Source: a bacterium
GTDB taxonomy: Bacteria > Patescibacteriota > Minisyncoccia > Phycocordibacterales > UBA1006
DNA: 64,000 bases
Direction: 5' to 3'
Assembly: GCA_043771175.1 (NCBI GenBank)
Contig: JAYVHO010000006.1
Span: 9,800 to 73,799, forward strand
Shown: positions 21,518-29,797 of the stretch, piece after piece
Numbering within the stretch: the first letter of the stretch is position 1
How the letters are laid out: every line of letters starts with the position of its first letter
Program-made: the position numbers and the translations under genes
The notes under the pieces: model-generated
The model's input: the letters and a program-made list of their open reading frames with translations, nothing else
Told to the model about the DNA's origin: nothing
The model's database searches: none

Positions 21518-21607
21518 ATATCGGACATATTATATTATGTATCATATTCTTTATCGGACATAAGTATTACTAATGGACATACATATATATGTATAACGGA
21601 CAAACAT
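21518..21607. repeat. Four direct repeats of (A/T)(T/A)(C/T)GGACA(T/A)A between convergent terminators (iteron-like)
   Basis: ATCGGACATA at 21520, ATCGGACATA at 21553, AATGGACATA at 21573, AACGGACAAA at 21596, plus inverted ATGGACA at 21481..21487. Spacings are 33, 20 and 23 bp. Confidence 0.45.
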
Positions 21608-21610
21608 AAC

Positions 21611-21635
21611 AAAAACCCCATCACGGGGTTTTTGT
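21611..21635. terminator. Rho-independent terminator (for 21640..22407 minus gene; bidirectional)
   Basis: AAAAACCCCATCACGGGGTTTTTGTT: GC stem with A-run and T-run. Confidence 0.7.
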
Positions 21636-21639
21636 TATG

Positions 21640-22407
21640 TTAGATATTAATACTCTCTTCTTCTATAAATATCTCTGTATTTCCACTTTCATCAGTTATT
21701 TCCACAATCTCTTGAACTATCACCTCTTGAGGTTTATTTATAACTATTTCTGACTTTACTATTTTTTTGGCAATCACAGCTTTCTTTACGGGAGTTTTTT
21801 TCTCTATCATTTTCTTTGCTGGTTTTTTGGGATCTTTTTGAATTTTTTCTTTTGCTGCCGCAGCTTTATCTTTAACTGCTTTTTTAGCGAGCTTTTCTTT
21901 TTCAATTAATCGTTTTGCCATTTCTTCTAGTTTTATGTCTTCGTTAATCTTGGTAATATCCTTTAAAATTTGATCTGCATGCTTTGCGGGATTTACCTTT
22001 GCATACACTTTAACAATCTTGCCTTTTGGATCAATTAAATATGAAATGCGAGTTAAAGAATGGGTTATCTTTTTACCATTATCCTTGGTAACCAAAGCGC
22101 CATAAGCCTCAGACATCTTTAGTTTTTCATCAGTCAGCACCGCAAATGGTAATTTATATTCTTTCACAAATTTTTTATGAGAATCCATATCGTCCAATGA
22201 AACACCTAAAACCACTACACCTGCTTTTTTAAGCTCTTTATTCACATCTCTCAAAGAACATGCCTCTGCCGTACACCCAGGCGTAAAGTCTTTTGGGTAG
22301 AAATAGAGCAGAACAAAAGAATCTTTGTAGTCGGAAAGTGAATGCTTAACCCCTTTATGGTCAAACAAACTAAAAGCTGGTGCCTTTTGCATAATCTCTA
22401 ATAACAT
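21640..22407 (-). CDS. bcp: Peroxiredoxin Bcp/PrxQ (AhpC/TSA family) fused to ~100-aa Lys/Ala/Glu-rich C-terminal tail
   Basis: N-terminal ~155 aa: ...FVLLYFYPKDFTPGCTAEACSLRD...KFVKEYKLPFAVLTDEK... (peroxidatic Cys in TPGCT; resolving Cys 5 residues later). C-terminal: KEKLAKKAVKDKAAAAKEKIQKDPKKPAKKMIEKKTPVKKAVIAKK... histone-H1-like low-complexity tail. Confidence 0.8.
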   Translation of the reverse strand: MLLEIMQKAPAFSLFDHKGVKHSLSDYKDSFVLLYFYPKDFTPGCTAEACSLRDVNKELKKAGVVVLGVSLDDMDSHKKFVKEYKLPFAVLTDEKLKMSEAYGALVTKDNGKKITHSLTRISYLIDPKGKIVKVYAKVNPAKHADQILKDITKINEDIKLEEMAKRLIEKEKLAKKAVKDKAAAAKEKIQKDPKKPAKKMIEKKTPVKKAVIAKKIVKSEIVINKPQEVIVQEIVEITDESGNTEIFIEEESINI

Positions 22408-22437
22408 AAAATATAGATTCTACTAGTATGTTATGTA

Positions 22438-23028
22438 TTATAAATTATTTTTAAGAGAAACACGAAGTCTATACAAAAATGGCATCATCACACCACTTAA
22501 CATCGTAATTGTTAAGAGAAACGCAAGAATGTGTGGTGATGGAATCTGGTCAAAAATCTTAAAAAATGAAATCAGCAAAACAGTACTGTGTGCAACCATC
22601 ATACCAACATAAGAAACATACATTGTTCTTGTTTTTGCTTCAATTTTTGATTCTTCTACTTTATGAGGCATACCCAAAAGTGACCGAAGGTCTCGTAGGA
22701 CAGGTAATGAATATGACACAATAAGCAGTGCATTCAATACTGAAACATACATCCATACTAAGAATGTTCTTGTTTCATAGAGAATATTAAGAAATTGCGG
22801 AAATAGAAAGAATAATAAAAGTGCTATTATTTGCAAAATATTAACGCCAATAAATACCGATGTGGATACTTTGTATTCTTGTGCAAATACATGAGGGATT
22901 CTCCCTGTATGAATAAACTCGAGCACAATAATACATTCCACTACCGCAGCAACAAAACCAAGCATGGCAGCAGCCATCATTACCCACCACAAAATATCAG
23001 CAAACATCATATGATCACAGTATAGCAT
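22438..23028 (-). CDS. Polytopic membrane protein, unknown function
   Basis: 196 aa, about 6 hydrophobic segments. No recognisable motif. Confidence 0.5.
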   Translation of the reverse strand: MLYCDHMMFADILWWVMMAAAMLGFVAAVVECIIVLEFIHTGRIPHVFAQEYKVSTSVFIGVNILQIIALLLFFLFPQFLNILYETRTFLVWMYVSVLNALLIVSYSLPVLRDLRSLLGMPHKVEESKIEAKTRTMYVSYVGMMVAHSTVLLISFFKIFDQIPSPHILAFLLTITMLSGVMMPFLYRLRVSLKNNL

Positions 23029-23031
23029 CTA

Positions 23032-23460
23032 CTACTTGTTTAAAATGACCGCAATAATATCTCTTTTATTTTGAGGAGTCACGCCGTACTGATTACTGTA
23101 ATTGTCACCTTTTTTAACCACAAGCATGATAAAAAAAGGAATACCAATATATGGTAAAAATGAAACCAATATAAACATCGGGTTTATATTCATATCTTTT
23201 AACCTTCTTACTCCCAGACCCACAGAAAATATTGCTTGTAAAAAATAAAGGGGAAACAGCGCCCACAGATTTCCTATACCAGAAAGTGTCTTTTGCATTT
23301 CTATGATGGTATATGGAATTTCAATGCGTACAACAAGCAGTAAATAAACAAGGGTAAAAGCCCCAAATATATATCCAATAAAAAGCATGCTTTTAAAATA
23401 CTGCATTCTATTGATTCTCCCGGTAAAAACCCGTGCCCACATGATGATAAATGAATTCAT
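23032..23460 (-). CDS. DUF805 (YhaH/YhaI-like) inner-membrane protein
   Basis: 142 aa; N-terminal ...ARVFTGRINRMQYF... matches the DUF805 'GRI.R..YW' signature, followed by 3-4 TM segments. Confidence 0.55.
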   Translation of the reverse strand: MNSFIIMWARVFTGRINRMQYFKSMLFIGYIFGAFTLVYLLLVVRIEIPYTIIEMQKTLSGIGNLWALFPLYFLQAIFSVGLGVRRLKDMNINPMFILVSFLPYIGIPFFIMLVVKKGDNYSNQYGVTPQNKRDIIAVILNK

Positions 23461-23484
23461 ATGATAAGTATACCAAAAACTTAT

Positions 23485-23724
23485 TTATTTTTGCCATCTT
23501 CTGTTCATCATATACCTGTCAACATCATGGAATTTTTGATAGGTTACTTGGTGTGATTTTTTAACCATATACCAAGCACCCTTTGCACTATTCGTAAACA
23601 CAAGTTTAAAAATAAATATAACGCCCTTATAAAGAAAAGGGATTATATGAGTTAGCAGTGCAAAAACTTCTTTATACAGTACTAAAATTGCCCCTATGAT
23701 TATATATAAATACATATCGTGCAA
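23485..23724 (-). CDS. Small membrane protein (79 aa)
   Basis: ORF with one hydrophobic helix (YLYIIIGAILVLY). Weak evidence only. Confidence 0.35.
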   Translation of the reverse strand: MHDMYLYIIIGAILVLYKEVFALLTHIIPFLYKGVIFIFKLVFTNSAKGAWYMVKKSHQVTYQKFHDVDRYMMNRRWQK

Positions 23725-23754
23725 ATATTATAACGCACATATTTAAGCAATCTT

Positions 23755-25965
23755 TTATTTCTTAAATGACACGGTGAATATAACCCCTAACTGACCTGGT
23801 AATTTATTTTCAAAAACTACGTCATGCCCCATAGCATCAGCAATTTGCTTTGACATATAAAGACCCAAACCATTTCCCGTATATGAATTTTTCACATTCG
23901 CTGCACGGTAGAACTTTTCAAAAATATGGTCTTTGTCTTCTGGTGGAATCCCTGGCCCATCATCTTTTACCATAAGTTTTACCTGATCTATATCATCGTT
24001 AATAATGATTTCTATAGTTCCACCTAAAGGAGAATACTTCACGGCGTTTGCAATAAGATTTTGTAATACCATTTTTAAGAGTTTTTCGTCAGTTTTAACC
24101 GTAACCTGATTATTATTTGAAACTTGAAGGAAAATCTTTTTTTCATTCATCATCGCTTTAAATTCTTGTAAAACATTATCTCTTACTGCTACCAAATTTG
24201 TTGGCATAATAATTGGCGTCAACACACCTAGCTCCAACTTTGAAACATTCAATAGCATATTAACCATATCAATCATACCTTGATTAGTTGTTTGAATCAG
24301 TGAAATCTGTTCTTTAACTTCAGGTTCTATTTGTTTACTCAACAGAGCTTCTGATGCCCAACGTATTGCTGTCATAGGGGTACGTAATTGATGTGACGCA
24401 AACATAAAGAATTCTCCTTTCTTTTTCTCTGTTTGAGCCTCTTCGGTAATATCAGTCATTAAAAGCACCGCACCTAAATACTCCCCGAGTGCAAATATCG
24501 GCGCACAAGAAAGAGCAATATTAATTGAAATCTGATTATTTTTACCATCCAAAACCAACGGATATTCTAAAGAATAGTAGGTATATTTATTTTGTGATGA
24601 TAACACTTTTTCAAAAGAAAACTCTACGTCATCAGTTTTTGAAATGCCAAAGACCTCTTTATATAGAGGATTTTCCATACCATTAAATAACTCATTAAAC
24701 TTTTTATTAGAACGAACCACCGCACCTTGCTTATCTATAACACACATAATGTCACCCAGTGATGAAATCAACGCATCATCATTTGCTTTTTGACGCAATA
24801 ATTGCTTGTTTAACACTTCAATTTTTGACAAAGTGCTGGTTAATTCTTGAGTTTTCTCGGCAACCTTATATTCCAACATTGAATAAGAAGAATACAGTGA
24901 TTCAGTCATTTTATTGAACATAGAAGCAATTCTCTGAAACTCAACAGTAGAAGATCCTTCAACCTGAATCTTAAAGTCGCCTTTTTCAATAGAACTAAGT
25001 CCTCCAATAATGGTATTAAGTGGTTTTATGAGTACTTTTCTAATAATCATGATTTCGTAAATAAAAATAGTAAGTAGCAAAGAAAGACATGTAAGTCCCA
25101 CTAAAAAATTGTTGGTAAATGATGTGAATAATGTTTTGGTATTAACCATTCCAATAACAAACCATGACGTTGAACCTATAGTATTCGAAGATGCCAGATA
25201 TTTGGTATCATCGTAGTTCAAATTAAAAATCTTACCTTTATTATTTTTGATTTTTGTTGACACCTCAAAACTTTTTAACGCTTCCTTTTCTGTTTTACTT
25301 AATATTTCTGATGACGCCAGAATATCTAAGGTAGAACTTGCCACGATAATATGTTCATTATTTGTTTGTTTAAGAGATGGAATAATCCCCCACAGTGATC
25401 CAGCATCAATATAGGCAATAGTAATATGAGCAATTTCACCATTTGTAGAAATTACCGGTGTTGCCAGCGTAATATATTCATATCCAATTTCTGACATAAT
25501 CGGGTCAACAATAATTGTTTTTTTTGTTTTAATTGCTTGTTCTGTAATAATACTTCGCAATTGATTAGCGTTGTCTGTATTGGTTTCAAATAATGAATTA
25601 TGTGCTTCGTATTGGACAGCACCCAAATTATCAACAAGTTCAATACCCAAGAATGAGCCTTGATTAATAAGAAATGACTTTGCGTAAGTATCACGCTCAT
25701 CTATTTTTGCTACACTTAAATAAGAACCAACAAAAGAAACCTGCTCTTCAATGTTGGTTATTTTTTCTGTCAAAAGTTCTGTTGTTTTATTTACGAGAAC
25801 AAAAGGAGTTTGTCTGATAACATCTCTATTTTGAATAAAAGAACGCAGAGTCAACACAAAAAGTACCACAATAACACAGGCTACTGAGAATAAAAACGGT
25901 AAACCCAACTGTCGTATTAAGGTGTTTTTAGGTGAATTATTGTTCATACAGATATTCTTTTTCAA
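23755..25965 (-). CDS. Sensor histidine kinase (TM - extracytoplasmic sensor - PAS - HisKA - HATPase_c)
   Basis: H-box FMFASHQLRTPMTAIRWASE. N/G boxes LQNLIANAVKYSPLGGTIEI...DDGPGIPPEDKDHIFEKFYR...GNGLGLYMSKQIADAMGHDVVFEN. N-terminal TM (LPFLFSVACVIVVLFVLTL) and a second TM around residue 300. Confidence 0.88.
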   Translation of the reverse strand: MKKNICMNNNSPKNTLIRQLGLPFLFSVACVIVVLFVLTLRSFIQNRDVIRQTPFVLVNKTTELLTEKITNIEEQVSFVGSYLSVAKIDERDTYAKSFLINQGSFLGIELVDNLGAVQYEAHNSLFETNTDNANQLRSIITEQAIKTKKTIIVDPIMSEIGYEYITLATPVISTNGEIAHITIAYIDAGSLWGIIPSLKQTNNEHIIVASSTLDILASSEILSKTEKEALKSFEVSTKIKNNKGKIFNLNYDDTKYLASSNTIGSTSWFVIGMVNTKTLFTSFTNNFLVGLTCLSLLLTIFIYEIMIIRKVLIKPLNTIIGGLSSIEKGDFKIQVEGSSTVEFQRIASMFNKMTESLYSSYSMLEYKVAEKTQELTSTLSKIEVLNKQLLRQKANDDALISSLGDIMCVIDKQGAVVRSNKKFNELFNGMENPLYKEVFGISKTDDVEFSFEKVLSSQNKYTYYSLEYPLVLDGKNNQISINIALSCAPIFALGEYLGAVLLMTDITEEAQTEKKKGEFFMFASHQLRTPMTAIRWASEALLSKQIEPEVKEQISLIQTTNQGMIDMVNMLLNVSKLELGVLTPIIMPTNLVAVRDNVLQEFKAMMNEKKIFLQVSNNNQVTVKTDEKLLKMVLQNLIANAVKYSPLGGTIEIIINDDIDQVKLMVKDDGPGIPPEDKDHIFEKFYRAANVKNSYTGNGLGLYMSKQIADAMGHDVVFENKLPGQLGVIFTVSFKK

Positions 25966-27151
25966 GATATTTTACTCCGCTGATTATTTTATAGACCATA
26001 ATTTTATTATTTCGCAGATCTCCAAACTCATTTATAGGAACTACTCCTGTTGCACCATTGAACATACGCAGTGATGACAAAGTACGCAAATAAGAACCTC
26101 GAGATGGCAAAGAAGTTTTAGAAAGGACCTCAAGCACTAACTGTGCACTATCATATCCTGCGTAGGCATATTTATCAGGATCATACCCATAGACATCGAT
26201 AAACGCATTATAAAAATCTGTTTTATATTCTTTTATCAAACTTGCATCTAAAAATGAAGACACTACATAGGTCGTTCCCTCAAATATTTTAGAAAATTCT
26301 ATAATTTCGTTTGTATCATCATAGGTTTGGTTAAATATTACTGATATATTTTGCTGTTTTTTAAAGGTTAGCAATTTATGAAAAATATCAGTTCCCAATG
26401 GTGAGCCAAACTCGGTTATTACTACTATTACATTATATTGTGATAATCCCATTTTTTGAACAAACTCAGCATCGGTAACCATATCAGCATCTAATAATTC
26501 GTTATTTTTTTGAGCTTGAAGATCAGAAGACCCATTACTTCGTATTATAAGTGTTTTTTTAGACGAAATACTCTCTGCAAATTCATATACACCACGAACA
26601 GACATATCAACACTCGGGGAAACTCGTGCCAATGATCTAAAATTTGTTGGATATAATAATCGAGGATACCCGTTTCTATACCCACTTTTTGTAACATATG
26701 ATGCACTGGCAATCGGCATAATATTAAATAAATACCCTTTATTAAGTTCTGGAATAACCACATCCGCTGCCCCTGCGGTTAACGGCCCAATATATGCAAC
26801 TACATTTTCATTCTCAGCAGACTGTTTTGCGGCGTTAATTTCTTTAGAAACCACAGGAATCCCCTCGGTATTGCCCGTATCAATGGACACTATTTCAACT
26901 CTTTTTCCATTAATCATAGTGTTTTGTCCGATAGAAAGCTCTACTCCGTCCGTTATTGACCGAGAGATTTCATTATTTATTGGCAAACCCACTACCACCT
27001 GCATAGTGGTTGATTTATTTTTGAAAGATTCTTTGCTGGTTAAATAGAATGTTAAAACACCTAAAAAGAGCGACGTTACAACACCACCATAAAAAAATAT
27101 TCGCAAAACGGTAGGGTTATTGTTGTTATTTTTGATAGGTACATCATCCAT
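25937..27151 (-). CDS. Membrane-anchored type-I periplasmic-binding-protein-fold ligand-binding protein (Leu/Ile/Val-binding-like), co-operonic with sensor kinase
   Basis: N-terminal TM, then ...GLPINNEISRSITDGVELSIGQN...VAYIGPLTAGAADVVIPELNKGYLFNIMPIASAS... typical of the ANF-receptor/LivK-like PBP fold. 29-nt overlap with the downstream kinase gene. Confidence 0.6.
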   Translation of the reverse strand: MDDVPIKNNNNNPTVLRIFFYGGVVTSLFLGVLTFYLTSKESFKNKSTTMQVVVGLPINNEISRSITDGVELSIGQNTMINGKRVEIVSIDTGNTEGIPVVSKEINAAKQSAENENVVAYIGPLTAGAADVVIPELNKGYLFNIMPIASASYVTKSGYRNGYPRLLYPTNFRSLARVSPSVDMSVRGVYEFAESISSKKTLIIRSNGSSDLQAQKNNELLDADMVTDAEFVQKMGLSQYNVIVVITEFGSPLGTDIFHKLLTFKKQQNISVIFNQTYDDTNEIIEFSKIFEGTTYVVSSFLDASLIKEYKTDFYNAFIDVYGYDPDKYAYAGYDSAQLVLEVLSKTSLPSRGSYLRTLSSLRMFNGATGVVPINEFGDLRNNKIMVYKIISGVKYLEKEYLYEQ

Positions 27152-27232
27152 TATCTTTAATTGTAATACATCATTATTTGATATTTTATATATAGTTGTG
27201 CAAGTTACGAACTACGTATTATAATATGTAAC

Positions 27233-27802
27233 ATGAACACAGAAAAAGCCTCTTCAGATGACTCATTCATGAGATTTATCTTTATTATTATGTTGGTGGC
27301 ACTACCACTTCGAATCTTTGTTTTTTGGCCGTTTGTCGTAAGTGGAGAATCAATGGTACCAACTTTTGAGGACAAACAATATCTTATCGTTGACAAGATA
27401 AGCTACAAACTTCATGACGTACAACGTGGTGATGTAGTGGTGTTTAAATATCCCAAAGATCCAACTCGCTATTTTATTAAACGTATCATTGGGCTTCCAA
27501 CAGAATCAGTTCTTGTTAAAAATGGCATAGTAACTATTTCATCAGCTGACAAAACCACCATAGCAACACTGTCAGAACCATATATTTCTGATACGACTAC
27601 CGGAACCACGGAACTTTCTTTAGGAGAAGATGAATATTTTGTAATGGGAGACAATCGTCCACAGAGTTCTGACTCTCGTGTATGGGGACCAGTAGAGAAA
27701 AATCTTATCATTGGAAAAACACTGTTTCGACTGTTGCCACTCAGTAGAGCTTCAGTATTTCCTGGTAAAACCATTTATCAAGATACAGAGCCAACCAATT
27801 AG
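27233..27802 (+). CDS. lepB: Signal peptidase I
   Basis: ...FVVSGESMVPTFEDKQYLIVDKISYK...RGDVVVFKYP...YFIKRIIGLPTESV...FVMGDNRPQSSDSRVWGPV... (S26 boxes B-E, catalytic Ser in SM and Lys in VKR). Confidence 0.9.
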   Translation: MNTEKASSDDSFMRFIFIIMLVALPLRIFVFWPFVVSGESMVPTFEDKQYLIVDKISYKLHDVQRGDVVVFKYPKDPTRYFIKRIIGLPTESVLVKNGIVTISSADKTTIATLSEPYISDTTTGTTELSLGEDEYFVMGDNRPQSSDSRVWGPVEKNLIIGKTLFRLLPLSRASVFPGKTIYQDTEPTN

Positions 27803-27819
27803 TATCATTTATTTACTGT

Positions 27820-29058
27820 ATGACCAGCAAGACAACCACTCCAAAAAAAACTTCAATTCCCCTTGCTTCAATAGCTAATGCTAAAAACAGGCTTATAGAA
27901 ACTCAAGCCATTCTTGAAAAAGCTCATGAAATAGCATTATTTTATGGTTTTGAAACAACTATCCTTCCCAGTATAGAACCAATGTCATTGTCTCGTGAAA
28001 AGCAATCAAATTATTCATTATCTCTTGGTAAACAAAAAGATTATCAATTCACCACTGACGCAACCCTTTCTCTACTTTCTATGAAAAGCGTTCTCATTGA
28101 GCCAAAAAATCCTCTGTATACCTTTTCTCTTTTGCCTAAAATTTCCATAGAAGACGGAACGATTGTTTCTTCTTTTGATATTCGATTTGATATCCACAAC
28201 TCTTCTAAACCAGTTTCTGACGCCATTATTATTGGTACAACCATGAAACTTCTGGAATCTCTTCAATTAAACAATATTAACTTACGTATTGGTACCGTGG
28301 GTGACAAAGATTCAAAAATTGCACATGAAAAAGAAATCAAATCATTCCTTAAAAAAAGTCTTTCAAAAATAGATCCAAAAGATAAAGACTTGTATAAGAT
28401 TTCCCCACTTTCAATTCTTTTTTCTGAACATGAAAAAACAAAAGAAATTTTAAAACATATCCCTGACACTATGAACACGCTTTCTCCTTCTGCAAAACAC
28501 TTCTTTAAAAACCTTATTGAATATCTTGAAGAAACCAAAATTGCGTATGAGTTTAATCCAACATACACGTTTGGTGACCCTTTGGTGTATCACACTATTT
28601 TTGAAGTAGTTCACAATGAAACAGGAAACGTTTTGGCACGTGGATACCGCTACGGAGAAGGACTTAAACAATATGGCATCGCCAAGGAAATTCCTTCTGT
28701 AGGGGTGCAAATTTGCATCGACACTATTCTCATGCAGCCAGACTGGGGAGAAATTCGTTCACGTATTGCACCATCTGCTAAATTCTATTTTATTCAATGT
28801 GGTATTGATGCAAAACTTAAAAGCTTACCAATTCTTGAAGAACTTCGCACCTCAAATATTTCCGTACTTCAGTCAATCACGGAAGATTCTCTTTCGAAAC
28901 AACTCGAAGCCGTAGAAGCCAATAAAATTCCTTATGTTTTGATCTTTGGTCAAAAAGAAGCAATAGATGGCACGGTATTGGTACGCACCATGAAAACCCG
29001 TTCACAGGTTGCAGTAAAAGTGAAAGATTTAGTTAAACTTTTAAAATCTTTGAAATAA
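27820..29058 (+). CDS. Histidyl-tRNA synthetase-like protein (class II aaRS fold + HGTP anticodon-binding domain); catalytic motif 2 appears degenerate
   Basis: Motif-1-like RLIETQAILEKAHEIALFYGFETTILPSIEP. Motif-3-like ARGYRYGEGL...PSVGVQICIDTIL (compare GGRYDGL...PAVGFA.GIERL). C-terminal NKIPYVLIFGQKEAIDGTVLVRTMKTRSQV = anticodon-binding domain. The expected motif-2 arginines (FRYERPQ.GR.R.F.Q) are absent (FSLLPKISIEDGTIVSSFDIRFD). Confidence 0.6.
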   Translation: MTSKTTTPKKTSIPLASIANAKNRLIETQAILEKAHEIALFYGFETTILPSIEPMSLSREKQSNYSLSLGKQKDYQFTTDATLSLLSMKSVLIEPKNPLYTFSLLPKISIEDGTIVSSFDIRFDIHNSSKPVSDAIIIGTTMKLLESLQLNNINLRIGTVGDKDSKIAHEKEIKSFLKKSLSKIDPKDKDLYKISPLSILFSEHEKTKEILKHIPDTMNTLSPSAKHFFKNLIEYLEETKIAYEFNPTYTFGDPLVYHTIFEVVHNETGNVLARGYRYGEGLKQYGIAKEIPSVGVQICIDTILMQPDWGEIRSRIAPSAKFYFIQCGIDAKLKSLPILEELRTSNISVLQSITEDSLSKQLEAVEANKIPYVLIFGQKEAIDGTVLVRTMKTRSQVAVKVKDLVKLLKSLK

Positions 29059-29080
29059 CATCCTATTATTATTGAAATAA

Positions 29081-29202
29081 AAAAACCCTCAATACACTTC
29101 TCTCCAAATTCCATCCGGACGCAAGCGCCCTACGCGCTTTGAAAGCCATTTAAGCGCTTCGGGTCGTCGGTGGAATTTTTCAAGAAGGTATTGAGGGTTT
29201 TT
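29081..29202 (+). ncRNA. ~120-nt extended imperfect hairpin element (terminator-like outer stem with A/T runs enclosing three further stem segments)
   Basis: Outer AAAAACCCTCAATAC(A)CTTCT ... AGAAGGTATTGAGGGTTTTT (~21 bp with one bulge). Inner CCAAATTCCA/TGGAATTT (8 bp). CCG(G)ACG/CGTCGG. Apical AAGCGC-cctac-GCGCTT. GC-rich core in an AT-rich intergenic region. Confidence 0.4.
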
Positions 29203-29796
29203 ATGATTGTGATCAAAAATAATATTTGCGTAATATTTAAAAATCAGTATAATTTTGGCATGATTTCACTCATCGAAGAATCTTCACCCATTTTGCATAC
29301 ATCAGCATCTGTAGTTTCAAAAGAAGAATTTGGAACACCTATGCTTGAGAAGGAAATATCTGACATGTTCAACCTTCTTGAAATTAAAAAAGACGGAGTA
29401 GCACTGGCAGCACCACAAGTTGGCATTGCCAAACAAATATTCATTATTACTCCTCATATATTCAGCCACCCAGATGCCCATGAACTAGTGTACATTAACC
29501 CTCAAATTACATCAGCTTCAAAAGACACCAGCATGATGGAAGAAGGTTGTCTTTCTGTTCCCTATGTTTTTGGAAAAACCAAACGCTCCATCATGGCAAC
29601 CGTTCGCGCACAGCGGCGTGATGGTACTATTTTTGAAAAACGTGGCACCGGATTACTTGCTCAAATTTTTCAGCATGAGATAGACCATCTTCATGGAATT
29701 CTTTTTAACAGCCATGCAGATAATCTCAAAAAACTCTCGGAACAAGAAATCGCTGATTTTGAAGCAGAAGATTATAAAATAACACCAATATATTAA
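29170..29796 (+). CDS. def: Peptide deformylase
   Basis: ...GVALAAPQVGIAKQIFII... EGCLSVPYVFGKT... QHEIDHLHGILF (the three PDF motifs). Probable true start MISLIEESSPILHTS at ~29260, because the 5' part of the ORF overlaps the hairpin element. Confidence 0.9.
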   Translation: MEFFKKVLRVFMIVIKNNICVIFKNQYNFGMISLIEESSPILHTSASVVSKEEFGTPMLEKEISDMFNLLEIKKDGVALAAPQVGIAKQIFIITPHIFSHPDAHELVYINPQITSASKDTSMMEEGCLSVPYVFGKTKRSIMATVRAQRRDGTIFEKRGTGLLAQIFQHEIDHLHGILFNSHADNLKKLSEQEIADFEAEDYKITPIY

Positions 29797-29797
29797 T

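Noticed and set aside
21518-21607. Calling the CGGACATA repeat array a bona fide oriC/DnaA-box cluster
   Set aside because: The resemblance to TTATCCACA requires an inserted base, no dnaA/dnaN gene is nearby, and there is no AT-rich DUE with 13-mers. Kept only as an unexplained iteron-like repeat.
25452-25700. Internal minus-strand ORFs within the kinase, PBP, ATPase and effector genes (e.g. 25452..25700, 26545..26763, 39095..39642, 62414..62662)
   Set aside because: Alternative-frame ORFs nested inside strongly supported longer genes.
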